Source: Mustelus asterias (taxonomy: Eukaryota). From it: DNA of 64,000 nt. The notes below the pieces were generated by a model. It was not told the DNA's origin. It saw only the letters and a program-made list of their open reading frames with translations, and searched no databases. Both the position numbers and the translations under genes were made by a program. This document shows, in pieces, positions 37,901 through 48,937 of the stretch; the stretch's first letter is position 1, and every line of letters begins with the position of its first letter. The stretch covers positions 496,001-560,000 of the forward strand of contig NW_027590190.1 in NCBI RefSeq assembly GCF_964213995.1, in the 5' to 3' direction.

Positions 37901-38842
37901 GACGTGCTCGATGGCGGAGGAGCGGGCTGGATGAGTCCCCGCATGCTGGCTGAGCGCGCGGGGACGTCCGTCCGGCGCGCGGCCAAAGCCATCCTAGACC
38001 TTAGGACGGTCGTGCTCGGCCCCGAAACTGCACGCAAACTTGAGACGGCACAGGCGTGCGGTGGGATCCCGCCCGAGCGTTCCCCTGTTCGGGCGGAATT
38101 CCACATTGGCCCAAAGCCTCAGCCCCCTCCCCTGGGTGAGGTGCCCCACAGCCTGAGCCGCCTCGCGGAAATGCCCTCCGTGCCTTTTTCTACCGCGCGG
38201 AGGCGTTTCCTGTGCGGGCTGCTGCTGCACACCTTCCACTACCGCCTCCTCGCCTGTCGCCCGGATACACCTTGGCGGGCCTTGTTGCCGCCGGGCGGCG
38301 GAGGTCCCCGCTGGAGGTCCCTCTACGGAGGGATCTCCCCCAATTACGTCGGGGACCTGGGGTGGAGGGTGATGCATGCAGCAGTTCCGCACAACCGTAG
38401 GATTCACTGGTTCACGGGCTCCGAAGACTGCCCTTTCTGTGGCCTTGTGGAGTCCGTGGACCATGTCTATGTTGTGTGTCTTAGGCTGCACTCCCTTTAT
38501 GTTTTCCTGAAGAACCTTTTATTGATGTTTTGTTTACACTTCAGTCCCACGCTCCTGATCTACGGACACCCGGTGCGGAGAGGGTCGGGTCGGGATGGCG
38601 ACCTCCTCGTGAACCTGCTCCTGGGCCTGGCGAAACGCGCCATTTACCGGTCCAGGCAGCGGGCGATCGAGGGGGCCGTCCATCCTGACTGTCTTCCCCT
38701 CTACCGCGGCTACGTTCGCGGCCAGGTGTCCCTGGAGAGGGAGCATGCGGTGTCCACGGGCGAGGTTGACGCTTTCCGCGCCCGCTGGGCACCGCAGGGG
38801 TTGGGGTGCATTATTGACCCTAATAACCACATTTTAATTTGA
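34949..38842 (+). CDS. Tx1 ORF2: APE endonuclease, reverse transcriptase and C-terminal CCHC; intact 1297 aa
   Basis: SLNING, FLQETH, GGDFN, RLDRLY, TDH (APE); KNWRPVSLL, LDQEKAFDRV, GVRQGCPLS, YADD (RT); CPFC..H..C. Confidence 0.97.
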   Translation: MKVTIASLNINGSSGPHRRFQNFSVLRDGKYAVCFLQETHTVPGDEAQWLLEWRGGVYMSHLTLASCGVAILLAPRYKPEILGVKEPVPGRLLHLTVREGGVVIHLLNVYAPTAGPQQTTFYEKVSAHIDTIAGGECIILGGDFNCILEARDRTGPWLRTPAVVKLRDLIGSHDLVDVWRHLHPGSSAFTFVRPGVGASRLDRLYISKAHVSGVSSVSMRPVSSTDHSLVWADFAPSRIRRGSAYWHFNNTLLEDEHFLDSFRRFWAGWRRKRGGFPSLRLWWDVGKTHVCTFCQGYARGSTKRRKSRLEELEKEVLDLEARLSRPDADPALRSEYREKKDALRDLQLARSRGAYVRSRLQFQVDLDRGSPFFYSLERGRANRQQLLTLLADDGSPVSDPEGIRAIAREYYTSLFSPDPSSEDARRLLWEDLPQVSPEGVGRLEAPTTMAELTGALNGLSRGKAPGLDGLTVEFFRAFWDVLGSDYAGVLGESVATGEMPLSWRRAVIALLPKKGDLHLLKNWRPVSLLSTDYKIFARAMASRLGSVLDHLIHPDQSYTVPGRCIHDNLHLVRDLIHHTQRAGLSGAFLSLDQEKAFDRVEHEYLLGTLRAFGFGTHFVARIRLLYSAAECVIKVNGSLTAPLRFGRGVRQGCPLSGQLYSVCVEPFLRLLRRRLSGLVLRGPDVGVVLSAYADDVLLMFTDPADLRRMRECQAVYSAASSARINWAKCSGLLVGPWETDPLPEELRPFTWSRTDLLYLGAHLCPAEESWPANWRELEAKVSARLGRWTGLLRVLSYGARARVINQLVASMLWYRLVPLTPPPGFVTDIQRTLVRFFWGNRLHWVPAAVLYLPLEEGGQGLVCLRTQIATFRLQALQRYLYVEPPPQWCAMATYFFRQWHGLNYDVQLLHIELGRASTALQELPVFYQDLLTVWNKVASRRSSPPSGVAALVREPLLRNPLLQPYNFRWLAERGAVDAGVTRIGDVLDGGGAGWMSPRMLAERAGTSVRRAAKAILDLRTVVLGPETARKLETAQACGGIPPERSPVRAEFHIGPKPQPPPLGEVPHSLSRLAEMPSVPFSTARRRFLCGLLLHTFHYRLLACRPDTPWRALLPPGGGGPRWRSLYGGISPNYVGDLGWRVMHAAVPHNRRIHWFTGSEDCPFCGLVESVDHVYVVCLRLHSLYVFLKNLLLMFCLHFSPTLLIYGHPVRRGSGRDGDLLVNLLLGLAKRAIYRSRQRAIEGAVHPDCLPLYRGYVRGQVSLEREHAVSTGEVDAFRARWAPQGLGCIIDPNNHILI

Positions 38843-38968
38843 TGTTTTTAAGTTTCCTTTGCATTTTGATTTCTGTTCGGGCTGTTCCCCCTCCTTTTTG
38901 GGGAGCTGCCCCTTTTACTTTGTCCTGATTTAATTTGAGTTTGTTTATTTGGTTTGACCTAAAAAGAG

Positions 38969-38996
38969 GTCTCTGAATGGAGATTGAGCTTCAGAC
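38969..38996 (+). repeat. Target/TSD motif 2
   Basis: gtctctgaatggagattgagcttcagac between copies B and C. Confidence 0.85.
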
Positions 38997-39249
38997 GGCC
39001 TGAGACGTGCCTCCTCTCGGACAACACCCAGTTTTGTTTCCGGGGTGAGGTGGATTCGTGTTCGCCCGTGTAGCGGAGGGCCCCGGGTCGGAACCGGGCG
39101 GAAACTTTGGGAGGGAGGTGAGCTGCTGCCTGTTGCCTGGCCTGCCTGTCGCCTGACCTGCCTGCCTGTCGCCTGGCCTGCCTGTCGCCTGGCCTGCCTG
39201 TCGCCTGGCCTGCCTGTTGCCTGGCCTGCCGCCTGGCCTGCCTGCCGCC

Positions 39250-40290
39250 TGGCCTGCTTACCTGCCTGCCTGCCGTCTGGCCTGCTTACCTGCCTGCCGT
39301 CTGGCCTGCTTACCTGCCTGCCTGCCGTCTGGCCTGCTTACCTGCCTGCCTGCCGTCTGGCCTGCTTACCTGCCTGCCTGCCGTCTGGCCTGCTTACCTG
39401 CCTGCCTGCCGTCTGGCCTGCTTACCTGCCTGCCTGCCGTCTGGCCTGCTTACCTGCCTGCCTGCCGTCTGGCCTGCTTACCTGCCTGCCTGCCGTCTGG
39501 CCTGCTTACCTGCCTGCCTGCCGTCTGGCCTGCTTACCTGCCTGCCTGCCGTCTGGCCTGCTTACCTGCCTGCCTGCCGTCTGGCCTGCTTACCTGCCTG
39601 CCTGCCGTCTGGCCTGCTTACCTGCCTGCCTGCCGTCTGGCCTGCTTACCTGCCTGCCTGCCGTCTGGCCTGCTTACCTGCCTGCCTGCCGTCTGGCCTG
39701 CTTACCTGCCTGCCTGCCGTCTGGCCTGCTTACCTGCCTGCCTGCCGTCTGGCCTGCTTACCTGCCTGCCGTCTGGCCTGCTTACCTGCCTGCCGTCTGG
39801 CCTGCTTACCTGCCTGCCTGCCGTCTGGCCTGCTTACCTGCCTGCCTGCCGTCTGGCCTGCTTACCTGCCTGCCTGCCGTCTGGCCTGCTTACCTGCCTG
39901 CCTGCCGTCTGGCCTGCTTACCTGCCTGCCTGCCGTCTGGCCTGCTTACCTGCCTGCCTGCCGTCTGGCCTGCTTACCTGCCTGCCTGCCGTCTGGCCTG
40001 CTTACCTGCCTGCCTGCCGTCTGGCCTGCTTACCTGCCTGCCTGCCGTCTGGCCTGCTTACCTGCCTGCCTGCCGTCTGGCCTGCTTACCTGCCTGCCTG
40101 CCGTCTGGCCTGCTTACCTGCCTGCCTGCCGTCTGGCCTGCTTACCTGCCTGCCTGCCGTCTGGCCTGCTTACCTGCCTGCCTGCCGTCTGGCCTGCTTA
40201 CCTGCCTGCCTGCCGTCTGGCCTGCTTACCTGCCTGCCTGCCGTCTGGCCTGCTTACCTGCCTGCCTGCCGTCTGGACTGCCTGCCTGCC
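39250..40290 (+). repeat. 28-bp tandem repeat in Tx1-C 5' UTR (~36-37 units)
   Basis: Same unit as copy B, expanded. Confidence 0.9.
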
Positions 40291-40779
40291 TGCCGTCTGG
40301 GCTGCCTGCCGTCTGGACTACCTGCCTGCCTGCTTGCCGTTTGGCCTACCTGCCGTCTGGACTGCCTGACTGCCTGCTTGCCTGCCATCCGGCCTCTGGA
40401 GGGTGCGCTCTCCCCGGGGGGAGGGAGGAAGAGAGGACAGGGAGTGACTGGAGGAGAAGGGGGGGGGGGCGAAGGCGTTTGGACTGTCTCTTCTCCATCT
40501 GCAGGGGGGGGGGTGAAGGCCTTTTCCTAATTCCCCTACCCACTGCTGCTGCCCCCGGGACCGGGACCCCCTCCCCTTTTTCCCTCCTGACTGGGGCACC
40601 GGCCTTGTGCCTCATCTCCCTCCTGCTCCTCCAACCTCCTCTCTCCCTCTCTCGCTCCGGGGAGAGAGCACCTACACCCTTCCCCGCCTACCCCACCCTG
40701 CCTTATCTTCCCCATCCCACATACGCCCTGCCGTGCATCTGGGCAGTCTCGGGGTGGGTGTAGCACTTCCCCTGATACG

Positions 40780-42875
40780 ATGGCGACATCACCAGCATCG
40801 CCGGTGGCAGGGCCTTCTCGGCCCACCTATGCGGGCGTGGCGGCTGCCAGAGCCCCCGCCGCTCCCAAGGCCCTGCCGCCATTCTCTTTAATCACGCGGC
40901 AGCTCGGGGTGAAGTGCTACGCCCACCCCGACATGTCTATCGAGGCCTGCGTTAAGGCAATGGCTGGGGTTGTCGGCCCCTCAGCCATTGTCGCGGCCTC
41001 AAAGATGTACGGCCGGGCCGTATTCTTCCTGAAGGCCGAGCGGGCGGTTCGCCTCGCCCTGGAAAAGGGGCTCACGGTGGGCGGGACGTTCCTGGCGGTG
41101 GACCCATTGGAGGCCACCGCCCACAAGATAGTAATATCGAACGTCCCGCCCTTCCTACCGAGTGAGCTCCTCCTCCCCCACCTCCATCTACTGGGGGAGG
41201 TCAGGTCCGGGGTGCAGCCGATCCCGCTCGGCCTTCGGGACCCCTCCCTCCGCCATATTTACTCCTTCCGGCGCCAGGTTTTTGTCCGCCTGGCCCGGGA
41301 GGAGGAACTGGAGGGAGGTTTCAATGTCCCCCACGAGGGGACCACGTACCGGGTCTTTTGGTCCGCGGACGGTGTGCGGTGCCATGCCTGTAAGGAGGCG
41401 GGGCACGTGCGGAAAAACTGCCCCGTCTCCAAGGCCGCCGACCACCAACCCAAGGCGGCCGCAGCTGGCACCGCAGCCCCCTCTCCCCCCAAGCGAGTAC
41501 CATCTGCCCCCCCGCGAGGGGAGGCCACGCCGGCAGCAGCTGCCACCTCAGCTGCCGGCGGGGGGGGAGCGGAGCCCCCGCGCGGCCAAAAGGCCCAGAA
41601 GGGACCTACAAAAAAGAAGGGGGGTACCGGAACCCCGGCCCCCAGGAAAGACACCCCAACCACCCCGGCAGCCGGCTCGGGGACCGCCTCAGTCTCCACC
41701 TGCGCCCCCCCCCCACCACCACCACCATCTGCCGGGCCCGTGGGCTCTCCGGGGCCTAGTGCTGGGTCCGGCGCCCGGGATCATGGGCCCGAGCATGGGG
41801 GGGTAAGCGACCCCGAGCCGGCAAAACTGGCGACGCCGCCACCTCGGGGGGAAGTGACGGGAGAGCAGGGGGGGCGCGGCAAGGCGAAGAGGGGCGGAGG
41901 GCGAGGGGCCTCGCCTGCCCGAGGGCAGGTTAACAAAAAGAGGCGGGGCCCCTCGAGCACCGTAGAGTTCGAGGTCTGCGTGCCCCCCCCCCTTGTGAGT
42001 CATCTCCTGCCGTGCCCCCACCTGTCTTTGTGCCTTGTCCCCAGAAAAAAGGGGGCAAGGCACCCTGTAAATCCAAGCATGTGTTGCCTCAGTCCCCCGG
42101 CGAGGAGTCTCCGGGGCCGGGTGGCAGCGGGGCCCCCACGGTTCCGTTCCACCCGGCCGGTTACAACCCGGAGTTCTTCTTCAGTCTGTCGGGGGACTGG
42201 GGCGACACTCCAATGTTCATGTCCTCGTGCGGCGGTGGCGAAGAGACGATCCACTCGTCCTCTCCGTCCCGACCTTGGACGCTGGACATCCCCAACCTCA
42301 GTCCGAAGGATACACCGGACCTGGGGGGTGTCCAAGCGTCTGGGGCGGGGGGGGGGGCTGGGCCGCCGTCGCACGGGGGCCCGCAATCCGGGAAAGGTGA
42401 GCCCGGGGGGAACCCCTCCTCCACCGATCCTGGGGGTGGGATCGGGGAGGGGCTAGGGCTAGTTGGTGGCTCCGTGCCGCCCGCCGTACGTCCTGCGGCG
42501 GGGGACTCGGAGTCGAGGGGCGACCGCCCTGAGGAGGTCAGCGGCTCGGTGGAGGGCACGGGGACACTTTCAGAGTCTGCCCAGAGCGAGGCGGGGGACT
42601 CCCTCGTGCCCCCCACCAAGTTGTCCCTCATCCCCTCCAAGGACCTCAGGGTCTTTATCCGTAGCCATTCCGGTCGCTCCGACATAATCCGGCTAGCCCT
42701 CGGCCGCTGGCCGGACCTGGCGCAGCTCGTCCGGTCCGTGAAGGCATGCTCGCATGCCTCCGCGGGCCTGGAGAAAATAGAGCGGCGCTGGGTACTGCGG
42801 TTCCTCCACAGGCTCGAAAAGGTGGGGGGTGGACTGGTGAGAATTGCGCCAGCGCCCCCCCACACACCTAGTTAA
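40780..42875 (+). CDS. Tx1 ORF1, copy C; frameshift in the C run near 41983-41992
   Basis: Same N-terminus as copy B; continues in ORF 42012-42875. Confidence 0.8.
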
Positions 42876-42903
42876 GTGGTGACGGTGGCACAAAGCTGCT
42901 GAC

Positions 42904-45900
42904 ATGAAGGTGACCATAGCCAGCCTCAACATCAACGGCAGCAGTGGGCCACACCGCAGGTTCCAGAACTTCTCGGTCCTCCGTGACGGGAAGTATGCGG
43001 TGTGTTTCCTGCAGGAAACCCACACCGTTCCGGGAGACGAAGCCCAATGGCTCCTGGAGTGGCGAGGGGGGGTCTACATGAGCCACCTCACGCTCGCTTC
43101 TTGCGGGGTGGCTATCTTGTTGGCCCCGCGTTATAAGCCGGAGATCTTGGGGGTCAAGGAGCCGGTGCCAGGCCGGTTGCTGCACTTGACGGTCCGTGAG
43201 GGGGGCGTGGTCATTCACTTGCTGAATGTCTACGCCCCGACCGCTGGACCGCAGCAAACGACTTTCTACGAGAAAGTGTCCGCTCACATCGACACCATCG
43301 CGGGGGGCGAATGCATTATCCTCGGGGGAGATTTCAACTGCATCCTCGAGGCACGGGACCGCACCGGCCCCTGGCTGCGCACTCCGGCGGTGGTGAAGTT
43401 GCGGGACCTGATCGGGTCCCACGACTTGGTGGACGTCTGGAGACATCTCCATCCTGGCTCCAGCGCCTTCACTTTCGTGAGGCCTGGAGTCGGAGCGTCC
43501 AGGCTCGACCGCCTTTACATTTCGAAGGCGCACGTGTCCGGCGTGTCCTCGGTCTCCATGCGGCCGGTGTCGAGCACGGACCACAGCCTGGTGTGGGCGG
43601 ACTTTGCGCCGTCTCGCATCCGGCGGGGGTCCGCGTACTGGCACCTTAACAACACGCTGCTGGAGGACGAGCGCTTCCTGGACTCGTTCCGTCGATTCTG
43701 GGCCGGCTGGAGAAGGAAGCGGGGAGGCTTCCCCTCCTTGAGGCTCTGGTGGGATGTGGGCAAGACTCACGTCCGTACCTTCTGTCAGGGGTACGCGAGG
43801 GGGTCGACAAAGAGGCGGAAATCCAGGCTCGAGGAGTTGGAGAAGGAGGTGCTCGACCTGGAGGCACGTCTCAGTCGGCCTGACGCGGACCCGGCCCTGC
43901 GTTCGGAGTACAGGGAGAAGAAGGACGCGCTGCGAGACCTGCAGCTTGCCAGGTCTCGCGGCGCGTACGTGAGGTCGCGGCTCCAGTTCCAGGTGGACCT
44001 GGACCGCGGCTCCCCCTTCTTCTACTCGCTGGAAAGAGGGCGGGCTAACCGTCAGCAGCTCCTTACGCTGCTGGCCGACGACGGTTCCCCCGTCTCGGAT
44101 CCGGAGGGCATCCGGGCCATTGCCCGGGAGTATTACACCTCGCTCTTCTCTCCGGATCCGTCCAGCGAGGATGCCCGCAGACTTCTGTGGGAGGACCTGC
44201 CGCAGGTCGGCCCGGAGGGCGTCGGCAGGCTCGAGGCCCCTACCACCATGGCCGAGCTGACCGGCGCCCTAAATGGCCTCAGCCGGGGCAAGGCCCCTGG
44301 GCTGGACGGGCTGACAGTAGAGTTCTTCAGGGCGTTCTGGGACGTCCTGGGGAGCGACTACGCGGGGGTCCTGGGGGAGAGCGTCGCTACCGGGGAGATG
44401 CCCCTTTCGTGGCGCAGGGCCGTCATTGCCCTGCTGCCCAAGAAGGGGGATCTCCACCTGCTCAAGAACTGGCGCCCGGTCTCCCTCCTCAGCACGGATT
44501 ATAAAATCTTTGCCAGGGCTATGGCTTCACGCCTTGGATCCGTGCTGGACCACTTGATCCACCCTGACCAGTCCTACACGGTCCCGGGCCGTTGCATACA
44601 TGACAATCTCCACCTGGTCCGGGACCTAATCCATCACACCCAGAGGGCTGGTCTGTCGGGCGCCTTCTTGTCATTAGATCAGGAGAAGGCGTTCGACAGG
44701 GTGGAGCACGAGTATTTACTCGGGACTCTGCGGGCATTCGGGTTCGGGACGCATTTTGTCGCCCGGATCCGATTACTGTACTCTGCCGCAGTGTGTCTGA
44801 TTAAGGTTAACGGGTCCCTGACGGCGCCCCTTCGCTTCGGGAGAGGAGTACGGCAGGGCTGCCCCTTGTCCGGCCAACTGTATTCCGTATGCGTGGAGCC
44901 ATTCCTGCGCCTCTTGCGGAGGAGGTTGTCAGGTTTGGTCCTGCGCGGACCGGACGCAGGGGTGGTCCTGTCAGCTTACGCCGACGACGTGCTCCTCATG
45001 TTCACGGACCCGGCTGACCTGCGGAGGATGCGAGAATGCCAGGCGGTGTACTCCGCCGCGTCCTCCGCCAGGATCAACTGGGCCAAGTGCTCCGGACTCC
45101 TTGTCGGTCCTTGGGAGACGGACCCCCTTCCGGAGGAGCTCAGGCCTTTCACCTGGAGCAGGACCAACCTCCTCTACTTGGGGGCCCATCTCTGCCCAGC
45201 CGAGGAATCCTGGCCGGCGAACTGGCGGGAGCTGGAGGCCAAAGTCTCCGCCCGCCTGGGTCGCTGGACAGGACTGCTCCGAGTGCTGTCCTACGGGGCG
45301 CGAGCTCGCGTCATAAACCAGCTGGTCGCCTCCATGCTGTGGTACCGGCTGGTCCCTTTGACCCCTCCCCCTGGCTTTGTCACCGATATCCAGAGAACCC
45401 TCGTGCGGTTCTTCTGGGGCAATCGACTGCACTGGGTCCCTGCTGCGGTCCTGTATCTCCCGCTTGAGGAGGGCGGACAAGGTCTGGTGTGTCTCCGCAC
45501 TCATAGCGACCTTCCGCCTCCAGGCCCTGCAGAGGTACCTTTACGTTGAGCCCCCTCCACAGTGGTGTGCCATATTTCTTCCGCCAGTGGCACGGCCTCA
45601 ATTATGACGTGCAGCTCCTGCATATCGAACTGGGGCGTGCTTCGACCACCCTGCAGGAGTTGCCCGTCTTTTACCAGGACCTCCTCACTGTCTGGAACAA
45701 GGTCGCCTCGCGATGCAGCTCTCCCCCGTCAGGAGTAGCGGCTCTTGTGCGAGAGCCGCTGCTCAGGAATCCGCTCCTCCAGCCGTATAACTTCAGGTGG
45801 CTGGCGGAGAGGGGGGCTGTGGACGCCGGGGTGACCAGAATCGGGGACGTGCTCGATGGCGGAGGAGCGGGCTGGATGAGTCCCCGCGTGCTGGCTGAGC

Positions 45901-46787
45901 GCGCGGGGACGTCCGTCCGGCGCGCGGCCAAAGTCATCCTAGACCTTAGGACGGTCGTGCTCGGCCCCGAAACTGCACGCAAACTTGAGACGGCGCAGGC
46001 GTGCGGTGGGATCCCGCCCGAGCGTTCCCCTGTTCGGACGGAATTCCACATTGGCCCAAAGCCTCAGCCCCCTCCCCTGGGTGAGGTGCCCCACAGCCTG
46101 AGCCGCCTCGCGGAAATGTCCTCCGTGCCTTTTTCTACCGCGCGGAGGCGTTTCCTGTGCGGGCTGCTGCTGCACACCCTCCACTACCGCCTCCTCGCCT
46201 GTCGCCCGGATACTCCTTGGCGGGCCTTGTTGCCGCCGGGCGGCGGAGGTCCCCGCTGGAGGTCCTTCTACGGAGGGATCTCCCCCAATTACGTCGGGGA
46301 CCTGGGGTGGAGGGTGATGCATGCAGCAGTGCCGCACAACCGTAGGGTTCACTGGTTCACGGGCTCCGAAGACTGCCCTTTCTGTGGCCTTGTGGAGTCC
46401 GTGGACCATGTCTATGTTGTGTGTCTTAGGCTGCACTCCCTTTATGTTTTCCTGAAGAACCTTTTGTTGATGTTTTGTCTGCACTTCAGTCCCACGCTCC
46501 TGATCTACGGACACCCGGTGCGGAGAGGGGAGGGTCGGGATGGCGACCTCCTCGTGAACCTGCTCCTGGGCCTGGCGAAACGCGCCATTTACCGGTCCAG
46601 GCTGCGGGCGATCGAGGGGGCCGTCCATCCTGACTGTCTTCCCCTCTACCGCGGCTACGTTCGCGGCCAGGTGTCCCTGGAGAGGGAGCATGCGGTGTCC
46701 ACGGGCGAGGTTGACGCTTTCCGCGCCCGCTGGGCACCGCAGGGGTTGGGGTGCATTATTGACCCCAATAATCACATTTTAATTTGA
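42904..46787 (+). pseudogene. Tx1 ORF2, copy C, frameshifted
   Basis: Relative to copy B: 2-bp deletion near 45504 and 8-bp deletion near 45574. Confidence 0.9.
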
Positions 46788-46918
46788 TGTTTTTAAGTGT
46801 CCTTTGTACTTTGATTTCTGTTCGGGCTGTTCCCCCTCCTTTTTGGGGAGCTGCCCCTTTTACTTTGTCCTGATTTAATCTGAGTTTGTTTACTTGGTTT
46901 GGTTTGACCTAAAAAGAG

Positions 46919-46979
46919 GTCTCTCTGAATGAAGATTGAGCTTCAGACAGACTCAAACTTCCTCCTGTCTTCAACATCT
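46919..46979 (+). other. Target motif 3 continuing as putative exon 1 of the downstream ZNF gene
   Basis: Motif 46919-46948, then host sequence ending at donor ct|GTGAGT (46980); ATG at 46929. Confidence 0.6.
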
Positions 46980-47064
46980 GTGAGTAAAACACTTTCTTTT
47001 CTCACCCTTTCCATTTATTTTCTCATTCTGGGGGAAATTGTTGACTTGCAGCAACTGATCACGA

Positions 47065-47860
47065 GAAATAGAAGCAGGAGTGGCCACCAGGCCTTTGAAG
47101 CCTGTCCCGCCATTCAATCCGATCATGGCTGACTGATGCCGGTTTCAACTCCTTTACTGTGCCATTTCCCCATAGCCCTCTATTACCCAATCTTTCAAAT
47201 ATGTATCCACCTCCACTTTAAATACTTCTAACGATCCAGCCTCCACCACCCTTTGGGGCGGAGAATTCCAGAGCTTCATCATCCTCTGTGAGAAGAAATT
47301 CCTGCACACCTCAGTTTTAATGACTGACCCTTTATTTTGTTTGAGACTCTCCCACTCGTGAAAGTATCTCACCATCTACCCTGTCAAGCCCACTCAGGAT
47401 CTGAAATGTTTCAATAACCCCTTTGTCTTCAAAACTTCAAGGAACACAGGCCTTGACAATTTACTCCCTCTTGATAGGACAACCCTCCTATCCCAGGAAT
47501 TAGCTTGGTGAATTTCCTTTGGACTATGTCCAATATTACTATATCCTTGTTTAGATAAGGGGATCGAAACTGTATGCATTATCCCGGGTGAGGCATCACC
47601 AACACACTGTACAGTTGCAACAAAACCTCCCTGTTTTTAAACTCCAACCTCTTTGCAATAAAAGCCAAAATGCCATTTTCCTTCTTAACTCGTGTGGGAC
47701 CTGCCTGCTAGCTTTTTGTGATTCATGCACAAGAACACCAAGATCCCTCTGTACTTCACTCACCGGCAGCCTCTCTCATTTAGATAATCTCCCTGTTGAT
47801 TCCTCCTACTGAAATACATGACCTCACACTTCCCCACTTTAAACTCCATTTGCCACGTTT
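47065..47860 (-). mobile_element. Decayed CR1 fragment in ZNF intron (V-SINE follows at ~47915-48172, -)
   Basis: RNFFSQRMMKLWNS motif. Confidence 0.7.
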
Positions 47861-48937
47861 TGAAGACAGAGGGGTGACTTTATTGCATCTTCCCCAACTC
47901 TTGACTCATCTTTCCCAGGCCCTATCCCTGTAGCCCCACATTTTTACCCCACTAATCCACCTAATCTACATCTATTGGGACACAAAGGGGCAATTTAGCA
48001 TGGCCAATCAATCTAACCCGCACATCTTTGGACTGTGGGAAGAACCTGGAGCACTCAGAAATCCACACAGACATGGAGAGAATGCGCATACTCCACACAG
48101 ACTGTCACCGGGATTGAACCTGGGTCCCTGGCACTGTGAGGCAGCAGTGCTAACCACTGTGCTGCCATGGCACCCTTTTTAAATAAACTACAAGCACAGA
48201 TTTCTCTCGATCTACTTATATCTTCTTATATCCTCAAACAAATTGAGCAAATTTGTCAAACATAATTTATCTTTCATAGAACCATGTTGACGAGGTTTGA
48301 TTCTATTCAGCTTTCCTCAATGATTAGCTATTTGCTCTTTGATTATTGACTCCAGCGTCTTGCCAATAATAGATATTAAATTAACTGGCCTTATAGATCC
48401 CTGCCTTCTGCCTTTCTCCCTTTTTGACCAAGGTAGTCACATTGGCTGATTGCCAATCTTCTGATCTCTCCCGAAATCTAGCAAGTTACAAAAAATTTCA
48501 ACAAAATTCTCCACAATCTCTTCAGCAACCTCCATTAAAAAGCTAGCGTGCAGTTCATTGGGTCCTGGTGACTTATCCGCCCTTAGCCACTGAAGGGAAA
48601 GGAAGTGAGCCCAGTCTGTATATTTCAGACATTTTTGGTCCAGTCATATAGACATATATCTGTCTGGCCGCCTGCATGGAGATTCCCAGCTCTCTGTGTC
48701 CAGGACAGGAAGCAGTGAGCATGGATCTGTCAATCAGCCTCAATCAGCACCTTCAGGAGAATTGAGAGGGTGAATATTAGATACAGCAGAGTGAGAATGG
48801 AGGGAGAGTGTGTGGGATGGAGATTTACAGTTTTTGGGGAATGAGAGAGAAAAGAATGTTCCATAGAAACTAGAATTGTCTGTTCTGAATTTCTATCCTG
48901 TGCTGACATTGATGACTTTTGTAAATTCCTTTTACAG

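Larger units (their letters stand above)
31747..38968 (+). mobile_element. Tx1-clade non-LTR retrotransposon copy B (full length)
   Basis: 5' UTR with tandem repeat, ORF1, ORF2 and 3' UTR ending ctaaaaagag. Confidence 0.95.
38997..46918 (+). mobile_element. Tx1-clade non-LTR retrotransposon copy C (full length, disabled)
   Basis: Collinear with copy B, with a different 5' UTR variant. Confidence 0.95.

Noticed and set aside
39045-40763. 572-aa and 437-aa ORFs of LPAC-type repeats
   Set aside because: Products of a stop-free 28-bp tandem repeat, with non-ATG starts
32251-46775. Many overlapping and antisense ORFs within the Tx1 copies
   Set aside because: Expected in GC-rich coding DNA; no recognisable domains
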